Shown: positions 12,917-25,900, counted from the stretch's first letter. The stretch is DNA of 44,714 bases from Octopus bimaculoides (GCF_001194135.2 NC_068994.1:29735731-29780444), one strand, 5' to 3'. The notes: generated by a model not told the origin, from the sequence alone. A program made the numbers and translations.

Positions 12917-14439
12917 CTGAAAAGAAAAAAATAAGAAATAGAAAATCGTTTATTTTTTAGAATTTTTTTCCTGATATCAACCTGTTGGAGTGGGCACTAC
13001 TTTGTATTGGTTTTAGTAATTATTTCAATTCCATTTAGCTGTCTGCTACTTATTTTATCGGTCTTATAAGATAAGAACCATACAACGTAATGTGTCTATC
13101 TTGGCATAAAGAGGACGAAACTTGGACAAACACCAGTCTTGTAAGGTAATTCACTTAGGAGAAGGCCACTCCAATGTAAATCCTACAGCTTGCAGCACAC
13201 CGTAACCGTCTCGCCTCACTGAGTCACTGTCTTTAAACCTCCATGTTCCAAGAGTAGGATCAGATTGCATTGACTGACTCACTTTAAAACTATTTAGCGC
13301 AGCAGGAAGAAAATCCCTGCAGCGTCAACGATTGGTTCACATTGTCACTTGAGGGCGTACGGCTCTTCTTCATGATTTTCAGACACAGACAAACTTCCAT
13401 CATTACAGACAAATAATGAGATTCTTTTTTTTAAATCATGAAGGTAACACATGCGGATGTGCATAAATGTGACCTCTTTATCAGTAGTCTATTGGAAATC
13501 ATGACAATTTTAACACTGTTTATTCAATGATGTCACACGAGTATTATGACAAGAGGAAATGAATACATAATGACGAATATAACAAAACCGACGAATATAT
13601 CAAAAACAAACAATGCAATATTAATATTAGTGAAATGGCTTTCGACACGAACACATGTATCACATTTATTGTTTCATTATAGATAGCTTCAGGTTACAAA
13701 GGCGGTGGACGAGCCTGCAGACTGTTCGTGTGAAGTCTTGAAAGTTTTACTTGCAAATAGTGAGAATTTATCAAACAAATGCTATGTAATAATTGCAAAT
13801 TGCAAGAATAAATTAAAATTAAAGTTCCAGCATTACCTTAAGGAAAATAGTTAACATCACTTTATTATAGAGACACATCTTGCTTCTCATTTACTTCTGT
13901 ATCTTTCCCCGGTCTCTCAGTCAACCTATTTACTATTTTATTTTATTTTCTTCTCCACCCCTATCTAAGATCTGAAGTGAAGGTCTTACTCAACAAAACT
14001 GGTACCATATGTAATTTGCAATCTTATATTTTTGTAGTATACCTTTTAAATGCCTCCACTCTCCTTAGAAACTTGTTCAACCGTAGTCACTCTTATGGCT
14101 TTATGTGACTTTTTAGGCTGTTTACTAGATATTGGGAGAAACTTTATTCCACTAATGTATTTCATTGTAATCGACTGGTGACAGTTGTACCTACGTAACA
14201 ACCTTTTACGTACGTGTAAAACACATTCAGAAATATCAGTAATTGGTTGTTATAATAATAATAATAATAATAATCTCTCTATACTGTTAACCACAACGAT
14301 GAAGGCCTCCTTGTACTAAACCATTTCCTCTATTTACGTCCTGTTCTCAGCCTATCACCTCTACCCTCCTCTGTTTAGGTGAGCAGGTACTCTCCTTCAA
14401 TTGGTTCTCGTTCGCAGGAGAGCTTTAACATCAGGAATC

Positions 14440-15410
14440 AGGAATAGCTATGAGAACGAGAATGGACCGCAACAGCGCGAATTTGTACGTCGGTCACGTT
14501 GAGGCCCAAGTATCCTCTCAATTTATCGTCCTATGAGCCATACGATCGGTACAGCGACGACTATACCAGCGCGACCCCACTCCTCTGTGAACAACTTTAC
14601 TCCACCCTCTCTTTCTTCCATCCCACCCTTGAATTCTCCTGCTCTGTCTCAAACACCTCCGTTTTAATTTTCTAGGTATTCTGTTGTCATGAACCACTTC
14701 TCTCCTATCACCTCTATCCACTATACGCCCACAGAATACCATCCCTACCTCAACTTCTTCTCTTCCCAACCTCCCCAGATCAAACTGTCCATCCTCTATT
14801 CTAAGTCCTTTCCTCTTCATCGGCTGTGTAGTGACAACTAGGACTTTGTGTGACAATCTTAACTCATGGCTTGCCACTTCATCCAAAGGGGATACTCCAT
14901 ACTGTTATCCAAACTGCCCTTCACCCTACCTGGTTTGTTGACCACGCATTTGCGTTCTCTCTCAGAACCCGTCTCAGTCTCACCCGCTTCTGTTACCCAC
15001 TCATCTATCATCCCAGGACTCAACTCTCCTAACACCAGTTTATGTGCTTTCCACTGGCTTCTATCCGATCTCTCCACTTCCTACATGTTCTTCAACCTAC
15101 TCCTCCCCTCCATCAAACGGGGCTGCAACCTATGTGACTTAGTGGTCAGTAGCTTCTTTCCCATTCCCGGCACACAACCTGGCTCTTTCACATGCTCTCA
15201 TACGTGCTACCGCATCTGTCTCTTCCGCTCTAACATGACTACCCTCACCAGTAACTGCCACCGCTTCTACCACCAGCAATCTCATCTACTGCATCTTCTG
15301 TTCTTTTTGTCACTCTTCGTACATTGGACAAACCGACCGGAGAATTTTTAATGTTTTACTGAACCTTTTCGGGAATTACACTTCGGTCTCACACCATTTC
15401 CTCACAACTT
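14440..15410 (+). mobile_element. Decayed Penelope-like element (RT C-terminus to GIY-YIG start)
   Basis: MDRNSANLYVGHVEAQ resembles MGPNYANLFVG. Degenerate YIDD region, NFFSS.PPQIKLSILYSKSFPLHRLCSD (thumb), then CNLC and SFTC. Confidence 0.7.
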
Positions 15411-15429
15411 GTTATTCTCTGCAACAGCT

Positions 15430-15430
15430 G

Positions 15431-15464
<34 letters not shown>

Positions 15465-15990
15465 TTCTAACACTTACCACTTTTGTCACCTAACATTTCT
15501 GTCCGGAATAACACGCACATACATCTGATAGCCTCATACACACACATAGAAGCGCCTATACACACATATACACACGTACAAACACAGTATATACACGTAC
15601 ACATCTTCATATACACACACTTTGTCCGATAACCTCGTACACACCAACTAAAAAGCAGGACACACACGCACACACGCACACACGTTTGATAGCCTTATAC
15701 GCATATATATATATATATGAGATAGCCTCACTCACATACATACACCCACACACACGTACACACACGCACAAACACATAGAGTATACACGCATACTTTGCA
15801 TCAGCCAAACATACATACACAAACTGCCATGCTCACATAAACACAAGTTCACATTAGCTTTATGCATAAACACACACACAGACACACACACACACACACG
15901 TGTGCCAACTAACGCGATCGCAGTTATACATACAATATACACGCATACATTAGCTTCCTACATACACACACGTACTTACGTGCACACACA
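15430..15990. repeat. CA/TA-rich compound microsatellite
   Basis: Direct reading of the sequence. Confidence 0.9.
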
Positions 15991-16210
15991 CATGCCAGTT
16001 CACTGTTGTCTACCTTGCCATTCACGTCTTAAGCTAACTACTTCCTCCTCCAGTCACTTCAGTATGCCTTGACCGTCTAATTCAGATATTTTTTCCCTCT
16101 ACCTCTTTTATCTCTTCTCATCTATCTTTTCTGCAGTATGGTGTAAGCTCGAAGCATTAAAGATTTCTTTTTTTCGTGTGTACCAATCTAATACATCCTG
16201 CTTGTTGTTC

Positions 16211-16218
16211 TTTCACCA

Positions 16219-16280
<62 letters not shown>

Positions 16281-16322
16281 TCTCTCTCTCTCTCCCCTCT
16301 CTCTCTCACACACACACACACA
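16211..16322. repeat. (TC)n/(CA)n microsatellite
   Basis: Direct reading of the sequence. Confidence 0.95.
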
Positions 16323-16394
16323 AATATACAGGCATATAATGAAATACTAAACCACACTATTAATACTGGTTTCAATTTTTGGCACAAAGCCAGT

Positions 16395-16575
16395 AATTTC
16401 GGGCGAGAGGGTAAATTTATTACATCGATCCTAGTGTTCAACTGGCACTTATTTTATCGACCCCATAAGGCAAAGTCGACCTCGGCGGAATTTGAGCTCA
16501 GAACGTATGAACGGACGAAATGCCGTTAAATATTTCGTTTGGCTTGTTAACGGTTCTTCCAGATCGCCGCCCTTA
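16395..16575 (-). mobile_element. Meta-domain-like SINE
   Basis: Reverse complement reads gagctcaaattccgccgaggtcgactttgccttatggggtcgataaaataagtgccagttgaacactaggatcgatgtaat. Same family as 10790-10942. Confidence 0.7.
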
Positions 16576-16650
16576 CACTATTGTTAATATTGAAACTACA
16601 ACGACAATAACAAGAACAAACAAGGTCTCGACTTGTATAATTATACTTAC

Positions 16651-16859
16651 TGTACGGTTATTTATATCAAAGCTGGGATACCAAGTCAAGTGCAAACAAA
16701 GCAATTTTCCAATGTCCCGAAGGTTAATATTGTATTTTTGATCAATGGCTTTCAAACTGCCAAGATAGAAATATTCTTCGTTGAGGATTGACCCTTCGAA
16801 ATCCATTGTAAGGCGATTGATAGTAGTGGCTGAGCTCAAAGTAACTATCCATTTTTCCG
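16651..16859 (-). CDS. Host gene exon 6 (209 bp, phase 1-0): (A)EKWIVTLSSATTINRLTMDFEGSILNEEYFYLGSLKAIDQKYNINLRDIGKLLCLHLTWYPSFDINNRT, first part of a PLAT-like repeat
   Basis: Acceptor ttcatttactcatag; donor ACA|gtaagt. DIGKLLCLHL resembles PLAT DLGEL..I.I. Phases fit both neighbours. Confidence 0.85.
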
Positions 16860-16994
16860 CTATGAGTAAATGAATTTGTGTTAGTCAATAGGTCAAAAGT
16901 AAGACGAGGGATAAAAAAAGTGATTGAAAAGCAAAAAGGTAAAAATCCTAGTTTGATGTTTTAATAATAAAATAAAGAAAAAAAGACTCTCTAT

Positions 16995-17655
16995 ATGGGC
17001 GCTAGCATGGCGTTGTAGTGTGGTCAAGAAGCTTGCTTTATAACCATGTGCTTTCAAGTTCAGTCCCACAGCGCGACGACTTAGATAAATGCCTTATGAG
17101 TGAATCTGGTAGACGAAAACTGTATGGAAGCCTGCCTTATGTGTGATGGGAGGTGTCTGTCAGCTACTACCATGACTTGAAACCGATGCTTCACAACCAC
17201 ATGGTTCCGGGTTCTGTCCCATGTTATAGCTTGTGTCGCCTTGAATGTATATATTATTCAATAAAGAGAGAAAGGTAATTAAGCAAAGGCATGTAAACAG
17301 ATGCGTGGCACCTTGGGTAAGTGTCTTCTACTATAGCCTCAAGCTGACCAAAGCTGTTTGAGTGGATTTGGTGGACTGAAACTGAAAGAAGCCCCTCGTA
17401 TATATGTATGTATCTATGCGTATGTATGTCTTTGTGTCTGTGTTTGATCCACCCCACCATCCCCGCTTGACAACCGGTGTTGGTGTGTTTGCGTCTCCGT
17501 AAATTAGCGGTTCGGCAAAAGAGAGCAATAGAATGAGTACCAGGCTTTAAAAACTAAGTACACGGGTCGATTCATTTGGCTAAAAATTCAAGGCGGTCCC
17601 CCCAGCATGGCCGCAGTCTAATGAGTGAAACAAGTAAAAGATAAAAGGTAAAAGA
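16995..17655 (+). mobile_element. SINE fragments (degenerate tRNA-like heads plus a SINE body and tail)
   Basis: gacaaccggtgttggtgtgttt..cgtaa.ttagcggttcggcaaaagag..atagaatgagtaccaggctt...ccagcatggccgcagt...gaaacaagtaaaaga. Paralogous to 28445-28830. Confidence 0.7.
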
Positions 17656-17784
17656 TNNNNNNNNNNNNNNNNNNNNNNNNNNNNNNNNNNNNNNNNNNNN
17701 NNNNNNNNNNNNNNNNNNNNNNNNNNNNNNNNNNNNNNNNNNNNNNNNNNNNNNNNATGACATCATCAGCTTTTGTCAGTTTTT

Positions 17785-17826
<42 letters not shown>

Positions 17827-17849
17827 TTTAAAAAAAAAAGGATTGACGT

Positions 17850-18040
17850 AACTCTTCACGAAGGTAAATAGTCAAGACGAAGAGTGGGATTTTAGATGTT
17901 TTATTTTTTGAACAACATTTCGACAGAACGTCTGTCTTTCTCAAGTTCAAACCAAAAGGTGATTGAAAATTCAAAATTTCAGAAACGAAACGTAAACTAT
18001 GAACGTGGGTAACCAGCGTCCATACGTTGATAGAATGACA
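17850..18040 (-). mobile_element. Penelope-type terminal (pLTR) fragment with a degenerate hammerhead-like motif
   Basis: Minus strand 17950-17908: TTGAAC-TTGAGAAA-GACAG-acgtt-CTGTC-GAAA-TGTT-GTTCAA. Confidence 0.55.
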
Positions 18041-18062
18041 TCATCAGCTTTTGTCAGTTTTT

Positions 18063-18105
<43 letters not shown>

Positions 18106-18339
18106 GAACTTTGGGATGGAAATTCATAAATCCCTTAATGCATTGCTACGTACGCTTCCACTAACTCCATGCTTTAGTTGTTTTATTATCCATCCATAGG
18201 ATATTACAAATATGATTTGCAAAATCCATATATTTTAAAAGGAATATTAATACACGTGTTCGTTTCCTCAGGCAAAAGTTGCATTAATGTTGCTTTAGTG
18301 TTGCAAAAAGTTGCATTAGTGATGTATCCACTGGAAGCC

Positions 18340-19370
18340 GCGACCAATCGTTCCATTTGTCTGGTGCTGGAAGGTTTTGATGTTATTCACGGGCTCTCTC
18401 ACCCCGGTACCAGAGCCACACGGCACCTGATGTCAAGCAAATTGCGGAGTGGACCAAAATCTGTATCCCCTGTCAACAAGTCAAAATCCATTAACATATC
18501 AAAGCACCTCTCAGCAGCTGTAAACCCCCACAGTCCTGTTTCACAGTCCTACCATCCCAAAGCTGACGGCTTAGTAGAGAGATTTCACCGCCGCTTGAAG
18601 GAGTCCCTTACAACCAACTGGATCGATCAACTTCCATGGGTGATGTTGAGAATCCGCAACGCCCCACTGGTGTACGGTTCCCCACTTACAGTGCCGGAAG
18701 AGTTCCTTCCACACACAAAGTCAGACTCAGATGTCAAAAGATATCTTACGCAACTGAGAGATAGTTTGGGACAGTTACGCCCTACTCCCATGCCAATACA
18801 TGGTACACTTAGAGCATCTGTATCAAATGACCTCCACAAGGCAAATTTTGTGTTCCTTCGTCGCGACGCATGACGAATACCCCCTTCAGTCACCCTATGA
18901 TGGCCCATATGAAGTGATACATGCAGGAGACAAGTCATTTCAACTCCTGATTGGCAGACAAGAACACGGTTTCCATCGATAGATTGAAACCGGCCCATCT
19001 TGATACTGACAGCTCCGTTTAAGTAACTCACCCAACAAAGGCCGCCCAAAGCAAGTCACACCAACCCCTAACAACGAGCAGTCGCTAAAGAGCCGAGGAA
19101 CTAAACGCACGGCAGGGTGGTTAAAATACCCTCCCGGTTCCAATGACAGTCAACAGTTCTGAGAGGTAACTATATGTAGGGCACTGCTCATGGACTCATA
19201 GCAGACGAACTGTAGACAGGGACCTTCACTGCGGCTAACTAGCGAGCTGGTCCGCAGAGAAGTGACTTCTGATTAGGTTGGAAGGGTGTGGGGCTGGGGA
19301 TTTAAATTACCGATCGTACTTGCCCTCACAGTGTAGCTGATTAAAGCGAAATAAACAATAGCCCGACACA
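18340..19370 (+). mobile_element. Ty3/Gypsy remnant: internally deleted integrase plus 3' LTR (~19175-19370)
   Basis: IHGLSHPGTRATRHL, YHPKADGLVERFHRRLKESL, LPWVML, LVYGSPLTVP, PYDGPYEV, DRLKPAH. Then a purine-rich stretch and TGTAGGG...AATAAA(19350)...CCGACACA. Confidence 0.85.
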
Positions 19371-19409
19371 CTCTTGTTCCTGATTAATGTTATGCATAGC
19401 TTAACAAAG

Positions 19410-19578
<169 letters not shown>

Positions 19579-19739
19579 CTCTCTATTAATATGTTTGCGG
19601 TTGCCCCAATATTCACTGCTGTATTTCTAAGTGAAGTGAGAATATGGTTTCGAAAACTTTAGTTTAAAAAGTTTCGCACAAGGACTGTGCCTGCCTCTAG
19701 ATTTTGGCAAGGAAACGGATGAGTGATATTGAAGATTAC

Positions 19740-19829
19740 CTGCCATAAAGCCGTATCTGCTCTCACCCTCGAAATTTGATTCTATTGCATTGTAGGCTAC
19801 ATTCGGAGCCAACTTGATGAGGTATAAAA
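19740..19829 (-). CDS. Candidate optional host exon (90 bp, phase 1-1): (V)LYLIKLAPNVAYNAIESNFEGESRYGFMA
   Basis: Acceptor ttgtttccgttgtttgttcatgctag; donor GCAG|gtaatc. Frame-preserving between exons 22415-22328 and 16859-16651. No homology support. Confidence 0.4.
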
Positions 19830-20875
19830 CTAGCATGAACAAACAACGGAAACAATACTTGAGCTTCCCATTATCACTTTTCTTCATTGGGAGATACAAC
19901 TGAGATGCGTCTCTGAATGCCACACAAATAATTTATGCCTCCCATTAGTTTTGGTAGCATATGATGTGTCTATTTGCCAATAACTCAGTGTAACAGATTT
20001 TTAAAGTCTTTGGTCATTAAGTGTTATTTCCTATTTGCTTCTGTCTAGAAATCAAAGGAAATGACTACTATTCCCTTCAAACTTTGCTTTTCTGACCTGA
20101 CATCAATGTTTTGAAACTGACCTCCTATTTTCCATTACGTTTCAGATAGATTCAGGGCTGAGTTGCTGAAGCAAAAATATAGTTATAGCAAATATTCTGC
20201 TCAATTCCACATATTTGCCTGTCAGTTGCTTGACCATAACCACTTAAGCATGTCCCTTAGTGGCTGACAATATATGCATCTCTGATCATGAACAGCAGTA
20301 GTAGGGGAGCATCATGATCATGTGTTGAGAGATTCTTTAAGGTTTAAATGTATGTGACAAAAGTAAAGTTAGCTATTTTTCATAATTTCTGGGGTAAGCA
20401 AATAGGAAGTAACAGTTGCTAGCCAAGGTCAGAAGTTGTTACACGATGTAATATCAGTGTAGTTAAGCGATCTTCATTCTTTATAATGTTGTGGAAGCCT
20501 CCAAAAAAAACCATCTTACATGGCCTTTTGTTCAGCATGATAGCAGTGGCGAGTAAAGCCTTGCCAACGTTGACCAATAACAGTAGATGTGAAAATGCGT
20601 CCATAAATCTGCATTGTAGCCCTCTAATCACGCCATGAGATATTTTGAACACTCATGAGAATCCTACCAAGATAATCTTGGGTTTCTTTCTTCATAGTCC
20701 CTATTTCGGATCCATAGAGAAAAATGCTTTCTACACATGCCCTGAAGAAGGTAAGCTTTCTTGACTTTAAAGTAATTGATTATTGATGTCTTAAAGCATG
20801 TTATACAGTCACTCCAAGCTAGTTTCTTACATGCATAAGTATCTTTTAAAGAATTCTCAGCACTCGTTGTATATA

Positions 20876-21860
20876 CAGGATGTCCCAGAAAGATTTACCC
20901 ATGTTTAAAACTCTTCCTATAGAATATCGGCTCAGGTAATATTATCTCCATTTACATAAAGATTTGCATATGTATTTTGTTTATGTATCTATTGTTTCGT
21001 TCGTCTATAACAGGTTTGTAAACAATCATGGTGTCGAAAGCAAAATGAGACCATATTGTCACTCTGAAAACACCTGGAGTGAGCAACAAGGTCATAACAA
21101 AATCGTTGAATGTGTGCCGTAAAACAGTGTTCAGTACCTGGAAACGATATATGGAGTCCGCTGCTACTTCTGGCAAGCCAATTCCTTGTAGGAAACGATC
21201 AATTCGTACCAAACAAACTGTTGGAGCTGTGAAGAAGCGAATGAACCAAAAATCCCCGCAAGAGTGCAAAACTGCAAAAGTTCTTGATATTTCGAAATCG
21301 TCAATGTACAAGGTTTTTAAAGAGAATTTAAAGCTAACTGCATACAAGAAACAATCCTGGCAGTTAATTCCAGCAGCTTCCATGAAGACACAGCTCAACA
21401 AGAGTAAAATCATGTTTGTTGAGATAAAGCGCACTGTTAAAGTGTTTATCTGATCCGACGAGATCTTCACCGTGGAGGCAGTTACTGACAGGCAGAATGG
21501 CAGGCATTATGCACGTAATGCAGGATATTTGCTCGAAGGTAGGAGTCATTTACGCCGTCAGAAGCCAGCTTGACTCATGGTGTGGACCGCAGTTGCATCT
21601 GATGAGCTCAAGTTCCCGGTCAACAGTGAAGTTTATGTGGAAATGTTGGATAAGAAAGTGTTACTCTGGGTTACAGAAAGCTTTGGTGACCGTTACATCT
21701 TCACTCAAGACGGGGCTCCGGCCTACACATCCAATTTGACACAGAGGTGATACAAAAAGTATTTCAGCAGTTTTGGGGACAAACTGATATGGCCTTCCTC
21801 AAGTCCAGACATCAATCCCATGGACTTTACTATCTGGTCCATCTTAGAGAGTAATATTTT
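20876..21860 (+). mobile_element. maT/mori-family (DD37D) Tc1-mariner transposon, decayed, right end missing
   Basis: Left end TA|CAGGATGTCCC; N-terminal HTH region (ORF 21079-21453). Catalytic SDE, QDGAPAY and SPDINPMD, with 37 codons between the 2nd and 3rd Asp. In-frame stops present. Confidence 0.85.
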
Positions 21861-21869
21861 TGCTCACAA

Positions 21870-21906
21870 CGCGCGTGCTTGTGTGTGTGCTTGTGTATGT
21901 GTGTGC

Positions 21907-22000
<94 letters not shown>
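21870..22000. repeat. (GT)n/(GA)n microsatellite
   Basis: Direct reading of the sequence. Confidence 0.95.
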
Positions 22001-22327
22001 TGTCGAGTGGAGAACTGATTTCCAGTTTGCAACAATAGTTACCGCGAACAAGTAACTACGTATGTATTTTCACAACTGGGGATATGTTTGCGTTTAGACT
22101 GTTGGTGACCCGAATAAATTGCTGTAGACAAGACTACTTTGGTGCATGTTGATCAGCATGAGGCTGACACACTGACTCTTTGAAGTTGTATAACAACCAT
22201 TATGTTTCTGACATGAAGAAGGTTACGTAAAGAAGGATTAACAGTTATTACTATGTGGATTATAATTCTAGAAATAACAAACACGCAACCACTCGAAGCT
22301 CAAAAGAGAAATAAGTATAACACTTAC

Positions 22328-22415
22328 CACCACGAAACTCGTCTACACAATGCGTCTTCGTACCTGGAGCTTTGGCTTCGATAGAAATTCCCGTCATGTG
22401 GTCAATCACTATTAT
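22328..22415 (-). CDS. Host gene exon 5 (88 bp, phase 0-1): IIVIDHMTGISIEAKAPGTKTHCVDEFRG, second half of a PLAT repeat
   Basis: Acceptor ttaactttaacttctcag; donor GGTG|gtaagt. Only the phase-0 frame is open. IIVIDHMTG resembles PLAT V.V.D..TG. Confidence 0.88.
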
Positions 22416-23477
22416 CTGAGAAGTTAAAGTTAAGTGGCATGTAACATTATATTATCTACGAGAAAACTTATATAATGCATCACAGTATGTATGAATTAAT
22501 TAACTCTATATCACTGAATTATATTTAGCCTTCCTCAATAATAATTTTGCCTTATATCTATTAAAGATTAACATGTGAATCTAACAACTGAAGAAAGGTT
22601 CACTGTTTCGACCTAGACGTATTTTATTCAACTCTGTGTCCATCTAAAATCGATTTTCATGTCATAACAAGCACTGTATACCTAGTATTTGGTGTATTAT
22701 AAAAATATAATTTTTATTATATGGCGTATGAATTAATTCTGTATAAGGATATATTTATATTTAAGGATTTATATAAGGATTTTTATATTTAGAATACATA
22801 AGGATTTAGCCTCGTTCTAATATTTTAGGCAAAACAACGAGGTCTGATGACCCACAGACTATGATGTAATACTTTCTTGTATGCATTGTTAAGTTGACAC
22901 CATCGATCATAGATAGCTGGAGAGTTATAAACAGTCTAAGAGAGTGGACTATACACGCCTAACCTTTCTCTTAATAGCTACATCCCAGTATCCTTTATTT
23001 TATAGCAAACTTTACTAAAAGCAATATGATTACAATAATGATAGATTATCACAATGTAACTATCTTTTAGCACTATATGAAAACAAAACTGCAATGAAAA
23101 ATTTCACATAACGTTTTACACTTTCAATACCTTCAAATTAAAGCTTTCATTTTATCTTCTTGTACTAACTCGAAGGAGAGAAAAATGTCGCCAGAACATT
23201 GTCAGAAGTCGCTGAGAAAGCAAGCCCTTATATCTAGTTCACGGTAGAGGACGTGCGGTGCAGCAAGGTAGAGCACTTAAGATAATATAAACATCTGACT
23301 CAGAGTCGCAACATCTGACTCAACAGAGTTTATGCTGTGCAGGAGTTTTGTCGCTTACATCAGTGGATGGCCCCGGGCAGCTCTGGTGTCGTGCTGGAAG
23401 GGACTGAAACACCTACAGAGCTGCTGCACTGCCTGATGAAACATCAACTCTTACATTCGGAGACGGAGAATAGTAGA

Positions 23478-23483
23478 ACACAC

Positions 23484-23527
<44 letters not shown>

Positions 23528-23790
23528 ACAAAATCGCACAGACATGTGAACTCAGAGAAACACATATTCACACACACACGCACGCACACACACACACACG
23601 CACATACACACACATACACACACACACATGTACACACATACACACACACCTATACACACATATTTATTCACACGCATGCATACACCCATACAGACACAAT
23701 ACATACAGACATAATACATACATAATACACACATACATGCATACATATACACACATATATACACATACATACACAAATATATACAGAGCT
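23478..23790. repeat. CA-rich compound microsatellite
   Basis: Direct reading of the sequence. Confidence 0.9.
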
Positions 23791-25900
23791 TCAACAGAAA
23801 TAAGAATATCAGTAAAAGACATTCCATCTACTGAGCAAGTGGGGAGTCACCAGAAATCAATTTGGGAAAAGGAATTATGGATTAACTGAGAAGGCTGAAT
23901 GGATAGATGAGTTAGAACAGGGATACTGCAAACGTGTTAAACAAAAATTCTACAAAATATCGGCGGTGCAGTATTTCAAACAGTCCTGAGAAAAATACCA
24001 AACCGAAATCCTCAGGCCAAGGTGTTATTACAAGATATTGGTTTAAAATTCTCAACTTCTATAGGCGATATTTAATATGACTGTTTAGGAAGAGTATCAA
24101 GAGCACATAAATAATATCCACATGGATATCAACTGCCATCGTCCTTTTCATCTCTGAAAGATAGCCACACCTCTGAACTAAAATTTACTGCCCAATAGCT
24201 TGTCAAAACATCAGCTGAGCACTAGCTGCCCCAACTTGTCTCTACAGAATATGCCATACCTAATCAAGAAACAGCAGCTGTAGGAATGGATTCAATGACA
24301 CCTTTCATCTTTCTTTGTTGATGATCTGAAGCAATATGGGCCAAATATTAACCACATCAAAAGAGCAACTGGATTTCGCAACCCAATTCTCCAAAGATAA
24401 CATTGTAACCACAGAACAAGCTGAGAGAAAGAAGGAAGCGGTGGCGGGGTGTTGAGCACTTACTACTTAACAAAATGTTACAATAAACAGCCCGAAAGAA
24501 TAGCAAAAACTTGTTGTGGTTGAACTATCAAAAAGCCTTTGATAGTATAATACATGGGTGGATTCTCAAAGCACTGAAATTAACCAAAGAAGCATCACCA
24601 CTTGAAGTTGCCATACACCTCCTAACTAACGCGATAATGAAGACCTCAAATCTGACTATACATGACCCAAAAGACATCCATCAGGGTGATAGTTTGTAAG
24701 TACTACTCTTTGTACTTTCACTGAACCCCTGTCATACCTAATCACGATTCATAACAGCTTAGATCCAATGGATCTATTAACCCCTTTCACCTGAAGTAAT
24801 ATGAGCCAAATATCAATCATATAAGAAAAAGCAACTGGATCTCAAAACTCAATTGTCCAAAGACGTTGGAATGAAATTTGGCGAGTCTAAATATGCATTT
24901 TTGGTAGTAAAACGTGGAAATGTTTTGCACTCATCAAAGACACTAAACATAAACAACCTAGAAATAAAGCCTCCACTCTCTGGGAAAAGCTATAAATATC
25001 TCGGGCAGGTTGAAAATCTTAGCTATGATGAACCAATCAATAAGGAGAGGACAAAGAGTAAATACCTCAGAAGGGTAAAAAAAATATGGTCATTTGAACT
25101 CTATGCTTATGGCAAATACATTGCCTATAATACCAGTGCCTATCTGTACTCCTATATTTGATCTTCTGAACTGTCCAATACAAGAATTCAATGAGATAGA
25201 TGTTCGAATTCGCAAGCTGCTCAGTGTTACAGGAAACTTCAACAGCAATGGAGACATAGTCAGGCTATACTTCCTACGCAAGGATGGTGAGCCGTGGTCT
25301 CAAATCTGTATTGACTACGTATAAAGCACGTACTGTGACCATGAAACAACATCTGTTGCAGATGAGAGACCAATAACTGTCTTGCCCAAGTTTGTGACAA
25401 TGAAATCAACAATTAGGATAGCTAGTGAACTAGAGATATGAAATAAGAGCTGACACAGATCTTTCCCCAAGGACCACTGGTAAAATCTAATTTTCAGAAG
25501 AACAAAATTTAAAAAATGGACCAGTTCAGTGAGAAGATAGTACATGAGTGCTTGGTACAAAAACACAAACTATAGAAGGGATTGATCATGTAAAAAGCTT
25601 GACATGGAGTTCATAAGTTTAAGACATCCTATTTTGAAGGCTACCTCCATGCAATTCAAGAACAAGAGATCCCCACAAAGTACCTACAGCATAAAGGGCA
25701 GAAAACATTGACAAACAACAAATGTAAACTGTGCAAGACCAAGATTGAAGATATCAACCATATTATTGTTAACTGCAAGAGAATTTCTTCCTGATATTAC
25801 CTTCACATGAGGCACGATGTGGTGGCCAGAACAGTCTAGAACAGGTTAGCAAAAAAGAGAACGATAGATGAAACAGTTCTATATTTAAGAGATGAGGAAT

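Noticed and set aside
13751-13836. Possible minus-strand exon GNAGTLILIYSCNLQLLHSICLINSHYLQ
   Set aside because: Weak AAG acceptor and gtaaaa donor; phase 1-0 does not fit between two phase-0 junctions.
23359-23432. AG...gtaagc-bounded minus-strand segment
   Set aside because: 74 bp would frameshift the gene between phase-0 neighbours; no domain similarity.
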